A stretch of DNA of 64,000 bases from an uncultured Gemmatimonadaceae bacterium (GCA_963817955.1 CAWFQK010000004.1:1536001-1600000), one strand, 5' to 3'; numbered from the stretch's first letter, positions 51,785 through 62,815 are shown. A program made the numbers and translations. The notes: a model not told the origin generated them from the letters alone.

Positions 51785-54612
51785 GGAAATTCGTGTCGGG
51801 GAACGTTCCCCCTTCGACTGCGCGCAACGGCACGGCGCGCGAGCTTCAGGCCCTCGGCAACCCACAGCACCGCACTTCCCGCAAGCGCGCAGCCTGCCCA
51901 ATCGCCTACGCTCAACCGGGTCGTTCCGAACGCCTGTTGCAAGGGCGGCACATAGAGCACCACGCCCTGGAGAACGACCGATAATGCGATCGCGCCCCAG
52001 AGCCATCGGTTGCTGCACACGCCCATGAACGCGCTCCGCGCATCCGACCGCGCATTGAAAACATTGAAAAGCTGGGCGAGCACGAGCGTGTTGAATGCCA
52101 TGGTCTGTGCGTAGGCGAGGTCGCCGGTGCCGGGCACGATTCCGCCTGGAAGAGCGGCATCGAGGGCGTACAGGGTGGACGCCGCCATCACGGCGCCGAT
52201 CAAGAATATGTCACGCCACATACGGTTCGTGATCACACGCTCGGCGCGCGGTCGCGGCAGTTGGCGCATCGCATCCGGATCGGCCGGATCAACGCCAAGG
52301 GCAAGGGCGGGTGCCCCATCCGTGACGAGATTGATCCAGAGGATCTGCGTGGCGAGCAACGGCAACACCACCGCGCCGCGTTGGACGGGGAGACCAATGC
52401 GGTGTGCCAACACGACGCCGAAGAACATGGTCAGTACCTCGCCCATGTTCGACGAGAGCAGATAGCGCAGAAACGTGCGGATGTTCGCGAAGATCGCGCG
52501 CCCCTCCTCGACCGCCGCGACGATCGACGCGAAATTGTCGTCGGCGAGCACGATGTCGGCTGCCTGCTTTGCGACATCAGTTCCCATGATTCCCATCGCT
52601 ACGCCAATGTCGGCGGTCTTGAGCGCGGGCGCGTCGTTGACGCCGTCACCGGTCATCGCGACGATCGCGCCCCCACGCTGCAGCGCTTTCACGATCCGCA
52701 GCTTGTGGCGTGGGTCGACCCGCGCGTAGACGGACACCTCGCCGACCGCACGCAGCAGCTCATCGTCGGTCATGCGCTCGAGTTCCGCGCCGGTCATGAC
52801 CCGTGCGTCGTTGGACACGCCCAGCTCGCGCGCGATCACGGAGGCGGTTCGCGGGTGATCGCCGGTAATCATCATTGGCCGAACGCCTGCGCCTCTGGCG
52901 CGCGCGACAGCGTCCAACGCTTCGTCACGCGGCGGATCGATCATGCCGATCAATCCGGCAAACACGAGATCCCGTTCGACAGACGCATCGATCGTGTCCT
53001 CGCCAGCAAATCGCGAATCGTCCGACAGACGGCGAAACGCGACGCCGAGGGTGCGTAGCGCCTGATCGGCCAATGACTCGATCGTCTGTTCGATCGCTCG
53101 GCGGCGCTCCGGGGAGAGCACCCTCGCGTTCTCGCCCACGAGTTCCCGCGTACAGCGCGAGAGCACGACGTCGGGCGCGCCTTTGGTGAACGCCACCACG
53201 CGCCGCTCGCGCTCCAGATCGTGGTGCACCGTCGTCATCAATTTGCGCTCGGACGAGAACGGAATTTCACCGACGCGCGGCAGCCTCGACTCGAGGTCGT
53301 CGGCACGAAGCCCCGCCTTGCGGGCCGCGACCAGCAGCGCGCCCTCGGTCGGATCACCCTGGACGACCCAGCGCCCGTTCTCCTCGCGTACCGCGGCATT
53401 GTTCGCGCGATCGGCTACGGCCAGTGCCCGATCCAGTTCGGCACGCAGCGGTCCGTCGATCGCGCCCGCGCCCTCACGAAGCACCTCGCCCTCCGGCGCA
53501 TACCCCGATCCGGTCAACGACACGCGTCCGCTCGCCGTCACGACGATACGCACGGTCATCTCGTTCTTCGTCAGTGTCCCTGTCTTGTCCGACGCAATCA
53601 CGCTCGCCGAGCCGAGGGTCTCGACGGCGGCGAGATGGCGCACGATTGCGTTGCGTTTCGCCATGCGCTGCACGCCCAGAGAGAGGACCGCCGTGACGAC
53701 CGCCGGGAGTCCCTCGGGCACAGCCGCGACAGCGAGTGCAACGCCGAGAATGAGCACGTCCACCAGTGCGGCGAATCCGCGTACCTGTTCGGCGAGAATG
53801 ATCGTCGTGATCATCACGACGGCAATGACGATGACGATCATCCCAAGCATCTTGCCCGTACGATCGAGCTCATGCTGCAACGGCGTTGGCTCGGTGTGCG
53901 CGTCGCGCAGCATGCCCGCGATGCGTCCCATCTCAGAGCCCATCCCCGTCGCCGTCACCAGGACGACGCCGCGTCCATAGGTGGCGGCCGTCCCACTGAA
54001 CACCATGTTCTGTCGGTCGCCGAGCGATGCGGTACCGGCAATGGGTTCGGCATCCTTGGAGACGGGCAGACTCTCGCCGGTGAGCGCCGCTTCGGCGGTC
54101 TGGAGCGCGGTCGACTGGACGACGCGCGCGTCGGCAGCAATCGTGTCCCCTTCCTCGACGAGGACGATGTCGCCAGGGACGAGCTCCGCCGCGGGCACGC
54201 TCTGGCGCTCGCCCCCGCGAATCACGGCCGCGGCGTCCGCCGACAGGGCACGGAGCGCCAACACAGCCGCTTCGGCGCGCGCCTCCTGCACGAATCCCAT
54301 CGTCGCATTGAGCAGCACGATGGCGAAGATCGCGATCGCCTCGTAGGGGAGCGCAGCGACTCGTTCGGAGAACCACACGGCGGCGGACACCGAGGTGGCA
54401 ACGAGCAGGAGAATGACCAGCACGTTCTGGAACTGCGCGGCGAACCGTTTCCAGGCGGGCACGGCCGGCTCCGCAGCGAGCTCGTTGCGCCCATATCGAG
54501 TGAGTCGCGCACGTGCTTCCTCTTCGCTGAGCCCGCGGTGCAGATCGGTCCCGAGTGCGGCAACGACCTCCTCGGTCGTGCGCCGGTAGGCGTCGCCGAT
54601 ATCGGGGTTCAC
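51781..54612 (-). CDS. Cation-translocating P-type ATPase (P2A-like)
   Basis: TGES, VPEGLP, DKTGT, KGAP, TGDGVNDAPAL, WINLVTDG. Confidence 0.95.
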   Translation of the reverse strand: MNPDIGDAYRRTTEEVVAALGTDLHRGLSEEEARARLTRYGRNELAAEPAVPAWKRFAAQFQNVLVILLLVATSVSAAVWFSERVAALPYEAIAIFAIVLLNATMGFVQEARAEAAVLALRALSADAAAVIRGGERQSVPAAELVPGDIVLVEEGDTIAADARVVQSTALQTAEAALTGESLPVSKDAEPIAGTASLGDRQNMVFSGTAATYGRGVVLVTATGMGSEMGRIAGMLRDAHTEPTPLQHELDRTGKMLGMIVIVIAVVMITTIILAEQVRGFAALVDVLILGVALAVAAVPEGLPAVVTAVLSLGVQRMAKRNAIVRHLAAVETLGSASVIASDKTGTLTKNEMTVRIVVTASGRVSLTGSGYAPEGEVLREGAGAIDGPLRAELDRALAVADRANNAAVREENGRWVVQGDPTEGALLVAARKAGLRADDLESRLPRVGEIPFSSERKLMTTVHHDLERERRVVAFTKGAPDVVLSRCTRELVGENARVLSPERRRAIEQTIESLADQALRTLGVAFRRLSDDSRFAGEDTIDASVERDLVFAGLIGMIDPPRDEALDAVARARGAGVRPMMITGDHPRTASVIARELGVSNDARVMTGAELERMTDDELLRAVGEVSVYARVDPRHKLRIVKALQRGGAIVAMTGDGVNDAPALKTADIGVAMGIMGTDVAKQAADIVLADDNFASIVAAVEEGRAIFANIRTFLRYLLSSNMGEVLTMFFGVVLAHRIGLPVQRGAVVLPLLATQILWINLVTDGAPALALGVDPADPDAMRQLPRPRAERVITNRMWRDIFLIGAVMAASTLYALDAALPGGIVPGTGDLAYAQTMAFNTLVLAQLFNVFNARSDARSAFMGVCSNRWLWGAIALSVVLQGVVLYVPPLQQAFGTTRLSVGDWAGCALAGSAVLWVAEGLKLARRAVARSRRGNVPRHEFP

Positions 54613-55337
54613 ACCGTGGCGCCGAAGATCCGGCCGATTACCGCCGTCAACGCCATGGCGAAGGCGCCCCAGAACGTCACGCGAACGGCGCCGCGGAACG
54701 TGCTCGCGCCGCCAGCCTGTGCGGCCAGGCCCCCGAGTGCGGCGAGAAAGACCAGCGACGTCGCAGACACGATGAGAATGGCGCGACCGATGGGCACGAC
54801 CGCGGTGATCAGGAGTGGCAGCACCGCGCCGACGGCGAATGTCGCGGCGGACGCCATCGCCGCTTGGACGGGACGAGCGGTTTGCACATCGGAGATGCCT
54901 AACTCGTCTCGGGCGTGTGCCGCGAGCGCGTCGTGCGCGGTGAGTTGCTCGGCCACCTGCCGGGCGAGCACGGGGTCGAGCCCACGGCTTACATAGATAG
55001 CCTGCAGCTCGTCGAGCTCGAGGTCGGCGCGCCCGGCGAGCTCGCCACGTTCGCGGCGCAAATCCGCGTTCTCGGTATCAGCCTGCGAGCTCACCGACAC
55101 ATACTCCCCAGCCGCCATCGACATGGCGCCCGCCACGAGGCCTGCGACGCCCGCGACCAGCACATTGCTACGGCTGGTCTCTGCGGCGACGACCCCAACG
55201 ATGAGACTCGCGGTGGATACGATGCCGTCGTTGGCACCAAGCACCGCAGCTCGAAGCCAGCCGATGCGGTGCGTTCTATGCTGCTCTGGATGCATTGGCG
55301 GCATCGGTTCGTCGCTGAATGGATGGGGAGACGTCAT
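54609..55337 (-). CDS. VIT1/CCC1 family Fe/Mn transporter
   Basis: WLRAAVLGANDGIVS, AGAMSMAAGEYVSVSSQ. Confidence 0.95.
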   Translation of the reverse strand: MTSPHPFSDEPMPPMHPEQHRTHRIGWLRAAVLGANDGIVSTASLIVGVVAAETSRSNVLVAGVAGLVAGAMSMAAGEYVSVSSQADTENADLRRERGELAGRADLELDELQAIYVSRGLDPVLARQVAEQLTAHDALAAHARDELGISDVQTARPVQAAMASAATFAVGAVLPLLITAVVPIGRAILIVSATSLVFLAALGGLAAQAGGASTFRGAVRVTFWGAFAMALTAVIGRIFGATV

Positions 55338-55439
55338 GAAGGAATGAATAGCGACCCGAGGTGTTCGGCGGCGGAGTCAATCGCCTGACATCCTGTGGCG
55401 CAAAATCTTGTTTACTCCATGGGGCGGGCGCCACACGCC

Positions 55440-57188
55440 ATGCAACCCCAACCGGATAATTCTGCCGTTCGCGCCGCCAGCGCGGTCGCCGATGCGTACG
55501 CGTTGATGCGGCAGCGATTCGACGCGCTGACCGCACGCGCCGCCATGCATTTCACCACACGCAACTGGCATCGCGGCCATCGGGACGCGACGGCGCGGCT
55601 CCTGGTCTATAACCGGCAGACGGACGCGGCCGTGGCGACCCTCCGGAAGGTGCTGAGCGACCGAGTGCGGGATCGCGAGTTGTGGGGCGCGGTGCGCAGT
55701 GCGTACGCGACACTCATTGCGGCCCGTACCGATCACGAGATCGCGGCCACCTTCTTCAACTCGGTCACGCGGCGCGTATTCGGGACGGTTGGCGTCGATC
55801 GAGGAATCGAGTTTCTCGGCACCGACATCGACGGCCAGAACTGCGGCCAAGCACCGGTAGCGCGGATCAGGCTTGGCGACGGGGCAGCAGGCATCGAGCA
55901 CATATTCCGCGCGCTGCCAATCGACGCACCGTGGCGCGATCTGCACGCAGATGCCGCGACGGTGCACGACGAGATCGCTCGGGTCGTGGGCGCGGGTGAC
56001 TCGTGCGACCTCGAGCTGCTGACGACGCCATTCTACCGCAACAAGGGTGCGTACATCGTTGGTCGCGTGACCAGGCGTGCGGGCATCACACCGGTGGTGC
56101 TGCCGCTGCTCCATGCTGAGAACGGCGTGTCGGTGGACGCCGTGCTGCTGACGTCCGATGAAGCCTCCGTCGTCTTCGGATTCTCATGGTCGTACTTCCA
56201 GGTGCAGGCCGACCACCCCGGCGCCGTCGTGTCCTTTCTCGCTTCGATCATGCCGCTCAAACGCATCGACGAGCTCTACACCGCCATCGGGTTTCACAAG
56301 CACGGCAAGACGGAGCTCTATCGCGGTCTGCTGGCGCATCTCAACGACCACAGGGCGTGCTTCGAGCGCGCGGTGGGCCAGCCAGGCCTGGTCATGGCGG
56401 TGATCGCGTTGCCGTCGTACAACCTCGCCGTGAAGATCATCCGCGACGCGATCGGGTATCCCAAGCGCGTGACCCGCCGTGAAGTGATGGCACAATATCG
56501 CTTCGTGTTTCTCCGCGATCGCGTCGGCCGCCTGGCCGATGCGCAGGAGTTCGAGCGCATCGAGCTGCCTCGGACCGCGTTTCCCGACGCCCTGCTGGCC
56601 GAGCTGGTGGCTGCGGCTCCGAGCAGCGTCCTGCCCGATGGCGACCACGTCGTCATTGCACACTGCTACGCACAACGCCGGTTGGATCCGCTCGACGTGT
56701 ACCTCGACACGGCGTCGTCCACAGACGCCTGCGCGGCCATCCGGGACTACGGTCAGGCGATTGAGGATCTCGCACACGCAGGCATCTTCCCCGGCGACAT
56801 GCTCCTCAAGAACTTCGGTTTGAGCCGTCACGGCCGCGTCATCTTCTATGACTACGACGAGATCGAGGACCTGGACGACGTCGTCTTCCGCGACATGCCA
56901 GAAGGGAGCTACGAGGATGAGTTGTCAGAGGAACCATGGTTCTCCGTGGGTGAGCACGACACGTTTCCCGAAGAGTTCATTCCCTTCCTGGTGCCGGCCG
57001 GTCCGTTGCGCGACGAGTTCCTGTCCATGCACGCGCATTTGCTGACGGCACGATGGTGGCGGGAGGTCCAACAGCGCATTCGTGACGGCGAGCTGTTCGA
57101 CGTGTATCCCTATGCACCGTCGCGTCGGCTACCGACGAACCCATCATGTTCTCGCCCCGAAACTGTCCTGCCTTTCCCGGCTGCATGA
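55440..57188 (+). CDS. aceK: Isocitrate dehydrogenase kinase/phosphatase
   Basis: TFFNSV, FYRNKGAY.VG, KHGKTE.YR, DRVGR.AD.QEF, IFPGDMLLKNFG..RHGRV.FYDYDE; start uncertain. Confidence 0.92.
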   Translation: MQPQPDNSAVRAASAVADAYALMRQRFDALTARAAMHFTTRNWHRGHRDATARLLVYNRQTDAAVATLRKVLSDRVRDRELWGAVRSAYATLIAARTDHEIAATFFNSVTRRVFGTVGVDRGIEFLGTDIDGQNCGQAPVARIRLGDGAAGIEHIFRALPIDAPWRDLHADAATVHDEIARVVGAGDSCDLELLTTPFYRNKGAYIVGRVTRRAGITPVVLPLLHAENGVSVDAVLLTSDEASVVFGFSWSYFQVQADHPGAVVSFLASIMPLKRIDELYTAIGFHKHGKTELYRGLLAHLNDHRACFERAVGQPGLVMAVIALPSYNLAVKIIRDAIGYPKRVTRREVMAQYRFVFLRDRVGRLADAQEFERIELPRTAFPDALLAELVAAAPSSVLPDGDHVVIAHCYAQRRLDPLDVYLDTASSTDACAAIRDYGQAIEDLAHAGIFPGDMLLKNFGLSRHGRVIFYDYDEIEDLDDVVFRDMPEGSYEDELSEEPWFSVGEHDTFPEEFIPFLVPAGPLRDEFLSMHAHLLTARWWREVQQRIRDGELFDVYPYAPSRRLPTNPSCSRPETVLPFPAA

Positions 57189-57363
57189 GATTACGAGAAT
57201 GATAACTGTTGTGCGGCGGTTCTTCTTCGTTTGCCCGCGCCCGTTCCGCCGGCGCGCGCAGGCGCTGCGCCGCCCAGCGTGGCGTCCGTCTCTCGAGACG
57301 CCATGCCTGTCGCTGCTCGAGAGAGCGCTCTCGTACGGCGTGCGCACGCACGCAGGAGACCCC

Positions 57364-57810
57364 ATGTTCAAAGACGACAAGAAGGACATCAGCCGCCGGC
57401 TGTTCGAGAAAGTGTGGAACGAGGGGAAGACTGAGATGATTCCCGAGCTTCACACTCCGGATTTCTTCATCAAGGATCCCTATAACCCCGTCAGCATCAA
57501 GGGCGTCGAGGCCGTGAGGCAGTATCTGATGAACTACAAGAAAGCGTTTCCGGATCTGTTCATCCGCGTCGACCGCCAGATCGCCGAAGATGATTTCGTC
57601 GTGAATTTCCTGACCGCGACCGGAACGCACCAGGGCACGTTGCTCGACGTGCCGCCGACGAATAAGACGGTGACGTTGACCGCGATCGTGACACTCCGTT
57701 TCGTGGACGACAAGATCGCTGAATGCGACACGATGTGGGACGCGCTCGGCTTCCTCCGCACCGTCGGATCGGTGCAGCGCGTGATGGAACCACTCGCCGC
57801 GCGCCGGTAG
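57364..57810 (+). CDS. Ester cyclase / SnoaL-like protein
   Basis: AFPDL, IAE.D.V, GTHQG....PPT.K; AGGAG RBS. Confidence 0.88.
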   Translation: MFKDDKKDISRRLFEKVWNEGKTEMIPELHTPDFFIKDPYNPVSIKGVEAVRQYLMNYKKAFPDLFIRVDRQIAEDDFVVNFLTATGTHQGTLLDVPPTNKTVTLTAIVTLRFVDDKIAECDTMWDALGFLRTVGSVQRVMEPLAARR

Positions 57811-57837
57811 CGCTGGTAGGCAGCATCGCGACTCATC

Positions 57838-57869
57838 GCACGAATTCCGTCCGGCGGCGGAATTCGTGC
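57838..57869. terminator. Hairpin downstream of the ester cyclase gene
   Basis: GCACGAATTCCG-8nt-CGGAATTCGTGC; no U-tract. Confidence 0.45.
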
Positions 57870-58027
57870 GAGCGGCTTCAGCCGCAATCACGGTGCTGCC
57901 GAATCCGCAGGCACGCCGCCGCACGACCCGCCCACTCGCACGACCCGCCCACTCGCGAGAGCACGATACATGCGGCATGATTAGATCGGCTGCGGAAGCG
58001 GTGGTGCTTATTGCTGCATATCGTCGG

Positions 58028-59605
58028 ATGAAGTCACACGGTCACGCCGACCTCGACTGGTTCGGTGATCTCGTCGGCAACGCGAACGCCATTCTCTGGG
58101 AGATGGCGCTCCCGAGCCGGCGCTTCGTGTTCGTGAGCCCGCACGCGGAGCGCGTGCTCGGCTATCCGGTGTCGCAGTGGTTCGATGAAGATGATTTTTG
58201 GACGAAGCACATCCATCCTGACGATCGCGCTCGAGCAACGCAGCTCCTCGCCGACGCAACGGCCAAGGGGCACGAACACGAGTTCGAGTATCGGGCCGTT
58301 GCGGCAGACGGACGGGCCGTATGGCTGAGTGACGTCGTTCGGGTGGTAAAGAGCCGCCCGGGTGGGGACACCGTCCTTCGCGGGGTGATGACCGATGTCA
58401 GCGCCCGTCACGCGGCGCAGGAGCGGACGCAGCAACTCGCGCACGAGCGTGAGGAGCATGCCCGCGCGGACATGGAGAGCAATCGGTTCCTCCAACTGAT
58501 TGGCAGTCTCGACGCAATCGTTTGGGAGGCGAACGCCGATACATGGCAGTTCACGTTCGTGAGCGGCGCCGCAGCCGAGGTGTTGGGGATTCCCCCGGAG
58601 CAATGGCTCGCGGGCGCAGACAGTTGGCCCAAGGCAATCCACCCTGAGGATCGAGAGAGCTGGGTGGAATTCAAGCGCCAGTTGGCCGAAGACAGTGGCG
58701 AAACGCGCGAGTTTCAGTGTCGTGCGGTGAAAACGGATGGAAGTACGGTCTGGCTACGGACGACGGTCCGCGGCAGACGAGACGATCACGGGCATGTCAC
58801 GCAGTACTGTGGCGTGATGCTCGACGTAACGAAACGTGCAGAGGCGGAACGGGCGCGCGAGGCACTCCTCGCCGAACGCGCGCGCCTGCTGGATCGCGAA
58901 CGAGAGGCACGCACTGCAGCCGAACGTGCGCTGCGGATACGCGACGAAGTGCTGGGAGTGGTCGCGCACGACCTGCGCAATCCCGTGCATACCATCGACA
59001 TCACCGCCGAGACCATGCTGGCCTTGACCGATTTCGACGCGGACCGGCAGCGATACGTGCACATCATCCGGCGCGCGGCGCACAGCATGGATCGGCTCAT
59101 TCGCGATCTGCTCGACGTGAGACGCGTGGAGGCCGGGACATTCGCGATTCGTAAAGAACGCGTCGACATCGGCGCGTTGGTCGAAGAGACGTTGGAGCTC
59201 TTCGCGCCCGAGGCCCGCCAGCGTCACATTGGGATCACGCTCGACTCACTTCGAGACGTACCATCAGTCGTGGGCGATCGGGATCGCCTCCGCCAGGTAC
59301 TGTCGAATCTGCTCGGAAATGCTTTGAAGTTCACGCGGGCGAACGGTCAGATTGGGGTCGAAGTGGCCTCTGCGGCGAAAGCAGTGGAAGTCGCGGTCAG
59401 CGATACTGGTCTGGGAATTTCGCCGGTCAGTCTTCCGCACGTTTTCGATCGCTTCTGGCAAGCCGACAACACGTCGCCTGCCGGCTCCGGACTAGGGCTT
59501 GCGATCGCCAAGGCGATCGTCGAAGCACATGGCGGTCAAATCTCAGTGGAGAGCGTCGAGGGCCAGGGTTCGATCTTCCGCTTCACAATTCCCGAAGCGA
59601 GTTGA
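58028..59605 (+). CDS. PAS-PAS sensor histidine kinase
   Basis: Two PAS domains (IHP.DR, DG..VWL); AHDLRNP, NLLGNALKF, DTG.GI, GSGLGL; start uncertain. Confidence 0.9.
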   Translation: MKSHGHADLDWFGDLVGNANAILWEMALPSRRFVFVSPHAERVLGYPVSQWFDEDDFWTKHIHPDDRARATQLLADATAKGHEHEFEYRAVAADGRAVWLSDVVRVVKSRPGGDTVLRGVMTDVSARHAAQERTQQLAHEREEHARADMESNRFLQLIGSLDAIVWEANADTWQFTFVSGAAAEVLGIPPEQWLAGADSWPKAIHPEDRESWVEFKRQLAEDSGETREFQCRAVKTDGSTVWLRTTVRGRRDDHGHVTQYCGVMLDVTKRAEAERAREALLAERARLLDREREARTAAERALRIRDEVLGVVAHDLRNPVHTIDITAETMLALTDFDADRQRYVHIIRRAAHSMDRLIRDLLDVRRVEAGTFAIRKERVDIGALVEETLELFAPEARQRHIGITLDSLRDVPSVVGDRDRLRQVLSNLLGNALKFTRANGQIGVEVASAAKAVEVAVSDTGLGISPVSLPHVFDRFWQADNTSPAGSGLGLAIAKAIVEAHGGQISVESVEGQGSIFRFTIPEAS

Positions 59606-59638
59606 GCGAAAGATTCTTACTCGCCGAATGTGGCCTGG

Positions 59639-61978
59639 CTACGTGTCCGCCGTAATGGCCGGGTTCATGGACACAGGACTCGCGACACCGCGTCCATCAC
59701 TCGGCACGGAGAACGAGAACGTGCTCCCCTTCCCAACCTCGCTTTCCGCCCAGATCCGGCCGCCATGGCCGGTCACGATTCCTTGCGCGATGGCCAAGCC
59801 AAGTCCGGTGCCTCTCGTCGCACTGCCGCGGTTCGAGTGCCAGAATCGTTGAAACACCTGTGGCAGGTCATCGGCGGTTATGCCGGCACCGGTGTCTTGT
59901 ACCGCAAACACGACCTCGCCGCCAACCTCTCGGGCGCTGAGACAAATGCTGCCGCCGGCGCCCGTGTACTTGAGTGCATTGCCGACGAGATTCGAGAGCA
60001 CTTGCATGATGCGCTGCCCGTCCACTCGGATAAACGGTAATCCTGCAGGAATCTCGACACGGAGTTCGACGCCTTGCGCGTGCGCGCGTGCCGCGAACAC
60101 CTCGCGGATGGCTTCGACGATTGGCGAGACTGCGTGCTCGTCGAGTTCGATGGACAGACGTCCAGCCTCGATGCTCGCGACATCGAGCAAGTCCTGCATG
60201 AGTCGGTGCATCCAGCCAGCCGAGTCGACGATGTTCTGCACCAACTCCGTCCGGCCGTCGGCGAGGAACTCCTGCGGACCCGACCGCAGCGAATCGGCGG
60301 ACATGGTAATCGCGCTCAGGAAATTCCGCAGATCGTGGGAAACGACGCCGAGTACGCGATCACGAGCCGCAGTCGCCCGCTCCGCGCGGCGCAGATGCAA
60401 CGCGCTGTCAATTGCCGGGGCCGCCCTTGCGGCGAGCAGCACGGCCAGCGCGAGGTCATCCGCATTGAACGTCTGCCCGGGGGCGCTCCCGATCGTCATG
60501 GCGCCCAGCACGCGCCCCTGTACCTGCAGCGGCACGAGCAGGAGCGTGCTGCTGCCGAGCTCTCGCCACATCGCGAGGTGCTCCGCATCCACAGTGTGAG
60601 CCTCCAGCCATTCGACGGACAGCGGCGCCACGATTTCCGGTGCGCCTGATCGGAGGACATCGATCACGCGCTCTGGCGAATCGACCAGTAGCCCGTTCAC
60701 CTCGACGGCGCGCAAACGTGCGTTGACCACGGGATCCCGATGCACGCTCGCTACGCGCCGGATCTGTGCGCCGCCCTCGCCGTCTTCGAGCACGTCGACG
60801 ATGCACCAATCCCCAACTGTTCCCACCGGCATGCGTGCGACGGCGCCGAGCTGCGCATCGAAGTCAAGCGGAATCGCCAACCATTGTCCCGCCTCCGCCA
60901 GGGCGTGCTCGCGGCGCTCGGTACGCCTCCGTTCCGTGATGTCGCGCAACACGACGGTGAAGACCATGCCTTCGGGCATCAACAGCTTGGAGACAGACGC
61001 CTCTGCCGTGAACTCCTTGCCGTCGCGCCGCCGCCCAATGACTTGCGGCCGTGCGCCAACGACGTGCGCCGACTCAGCCGACTCCGCGAAACGCTTGACT
61101 CGGGACTGGTGCCCACTGGCGAAGCGCTCCGGCAGGAGCATCTCGAGCTTCTGACCGATCACCTCGCTTGCCGAATAGCCAAAGATCGTTTCCGCGCCAC
61201 GATTGAAATGCACGATCTCTTGTTGCTCATTCGCCGAGATGATGGCATCGGCGGCCATCTCCAAAATGCCCGCGAACTTCGCCTCCGACGCACGGAGCGC
61301 GCGTTCTGCCTGTTCCCGGCGCAGGAGATCACCACGAACCGTGCGCCGCGCGCTCAAGGCCACGGCAATAGACCCCGCACCGAGCAAGAGCAAGGTGAAC
61401 CACGCCAGCTGCTCTCGTGTGCGCTGTGTCGACGCCCGCTCGGCGAGCAGGCCGTTCGTGTGCACATCGAGCGTGCGTACGGCGTGTTGGATGCGCATCA
61501 TCAGCGAGTCTACGTTGGCAATCTGCGCAGCTCGTAGCTGGCCCGGGCCGCGGACCAAGCCGACACGCGCGTCCTTTGCACGCTCGTCGGCCTCATCGGC
61601 GAGGGTTCCCTCCAATTGCGTGTGGACCTTGGTGACAACGGTGTCGAGTGCGTCCAACGTGGCGCCAACCGACGGGTCGATGGTGGCCAGCTCACGCAAC
61701 TTCCTCAGCGCCTGTACGGTGGAATCACTGCTCGCGCGATAGCGTCGCACATACACGGTGTCCCCCGTGAGCAAATACATGTGGACCCCATGAGAGGCAT
61801 GGTCCACGTTGTTGTCCAGCTTTAGCAGCGTCGCGCGCGTGTCACGCACGCGCGCTACCCACTGGGCATCATCCAGGAACTCATGTGTCACTCGCGTCGC
61901 GATGGCGGCGGCTACAATGATGCCTGCGGTGGCTATGCCGATCGCGAGCGAGAGCTTCCGGACGGTCGGTAGAGGCAT
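59639..61978 (-). CDS. Membrane sensor histidine kinase (CHASE3-like, PAS, GAF)
   Basis: Two TMs around a helical domain (YLLTGD); PAS (FN.GAE.IFGY); GAF; SHDLRN, GNALK, GTGLGL. Confidence 0.9.
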   Translation of the reverse strand: MPLPTVRKLSLAIGIATAGIIVAAAIATRVTHEFLDDAQWVARVRDTRATLLKLDNNVDHASHGVHMYLLTGDTVYVRRYRASSDSTVQALRKLRELATIDPSVGATLDALDTVVTKVHTQLEGTLADEADERAKDARVGLVRGPGQLRAAQIANVDSLMMRIQHAVRTLDVHTNGLLAERASTQRTREQLAWFTLLLLGAGSIAVALSARRTVRGDLLRREQAERALRASEAKFAGILEMAADAIISANEQQEIVHFNRGAETIFGYSASEVIGQKLEMLLPERFASGHQSRVKRFAESAESAHVVGARPQVIGRRRDGKEFTAEASVSKLLMPEGMVFTVVLRDITERRRTERREHALAEAGQWLAIPLDFDAQLGAVARMPVGTVGDWCIVDVLEDGEGGAQIRRVASVHRDPVVNARLRAVEVNGLLVDSPERVIDVLRSGAPEIVAPLSVEWLEAHTVDAEHLAMWRELGSSTLLLVPLQVQGRVLGAMTIGSAPGQTFNADDLALAVLLAARAAPAIDSALHLRRAERATAARDRVLGVVSHDLRNFLSAITMSADSLRSGPQEFLADGRTELVQNIVDSAGWMHRLMQDLLDVASIEAGRLSIELDEHAVSPIVEAIREVFAARAHAQGVELRVEIPAGLPFIRVDGQRIMQVLSNLVGNALKYTGAGGSICLSAREVGGEVVFAVQDTGAGITADDLPQVFQRFWHSNRGSATRGTGLGLAIAQGIVTGHGGRIWAESEVGKGSTFSFSVPSDGRGVASPVSMNPAITADT

Positions 61979-62101
61979 GATGCGGCTTGAGTGAGAGCAC
62001 GCCAGGGGAGGGACAAGCGACGTCGCGAGCGCGCACTGACTTACTGCCTACGCACAGCGCCGCCGTCCTGTTGACACAAGACGGCGCGCCATGCGGTCGA
62101 G

Positions 62102-62815
62102 CTATTTCGCCAAGCTCCTGACGTACGCGGCCACAGCGACCATCTGCTCGTGTGTCAACTTGTCCTTGAAGGACGTCATGTCTGCGTTCTTTCCTTTCGT
62201 CAGTATGGTGACCACAGAATCCGCCGAGTGCGTGGCATCGAACGCCGCGTCGAAGGTGGCGATCTTCGGATACTTCGCTTGCATCGTCTTGGGCGGAACG
62301 CCGCGAACGCCATGGCATTTGCGGCAGTTCTCTTCGTAGGCGGCCTTGCCCAGCGAATCTGTCAGGTTGCTGGCGACGGCGCTCTTGGCGACCTCGGGCT
62401 TGGCGACCTCGGGCTTGGCGACCTCGGGCTTGGCGACCTCGGGCTTGGCCGGTGGAGCAACCGCGACAGGAGCGGCTGCGGGAGCAGGAACGGCCGGCGG
62501 GGGCGCCGGCGCGGCGACTGGCTTGGCGCCCGGTTGCGGCGGCGCAGGACGAGCAGGCGTAGCGCTGGCTGGAGCTATCGCAGCCGGCGCCTTGGTCGAA
62601 GGCGTCGCGACTGGTGTCGGGGTCGATGTCTTTGTTGTCGCAGACGTGGCAGGTGTCGCCGACGTCGTCGACGCCGGGGTTGCGTTGACGGCCGAATCGA
62701 CGATTGCCGGAGCATTCGCGGCCACCGCCGCGGTATCTGCTGACGAACGGTCAGCCTTCGTGCAGGCAACGACACCGAAGAGTGCCGTCACGACTAACAG
62801 ATTCGTAGTTCTCAT
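62102..62815 (-). CDS. Lipoprotein c-type cytochrome with long Pro/Ala/Thr linker
   Basis: Lipobox VVAC; low-complexity linker; C-terminal CRKCH and distal Met. Confidence 0.82.
   Translation of the reverse strand: MRTTNLLVVTALFGVVACTKADRSSADTAAVAANAPAIVDSAVNATPASTTSATPATSATTKTSTPTPVATPSTKAPAAIAPASATPARPAPPQPGAKPVAAPAPPPAVPAPAAAPVAVAPPAKPEVAKPEVAKPEVAKPEVAKSAVASNLTDSLGKAAYEENCRKCHGVRGVPPKTMQAKYPKIATFDAAFDATHSADSVVTILTKGKNADMTSFKDKLTHEQMVAVAAYVRSLAK
62384..62449. repeat. 15-bp coding tandem repeat x4 (AKPEV)
   Basis: CTTGGCGACCTCGGG perfect x4. Confidence 0.95.

Noticed and set aside
53221..54996. Long antisense ORFs over the ATPase and other core genes
   Set aside because: Shadow ORFs caused by codon bias
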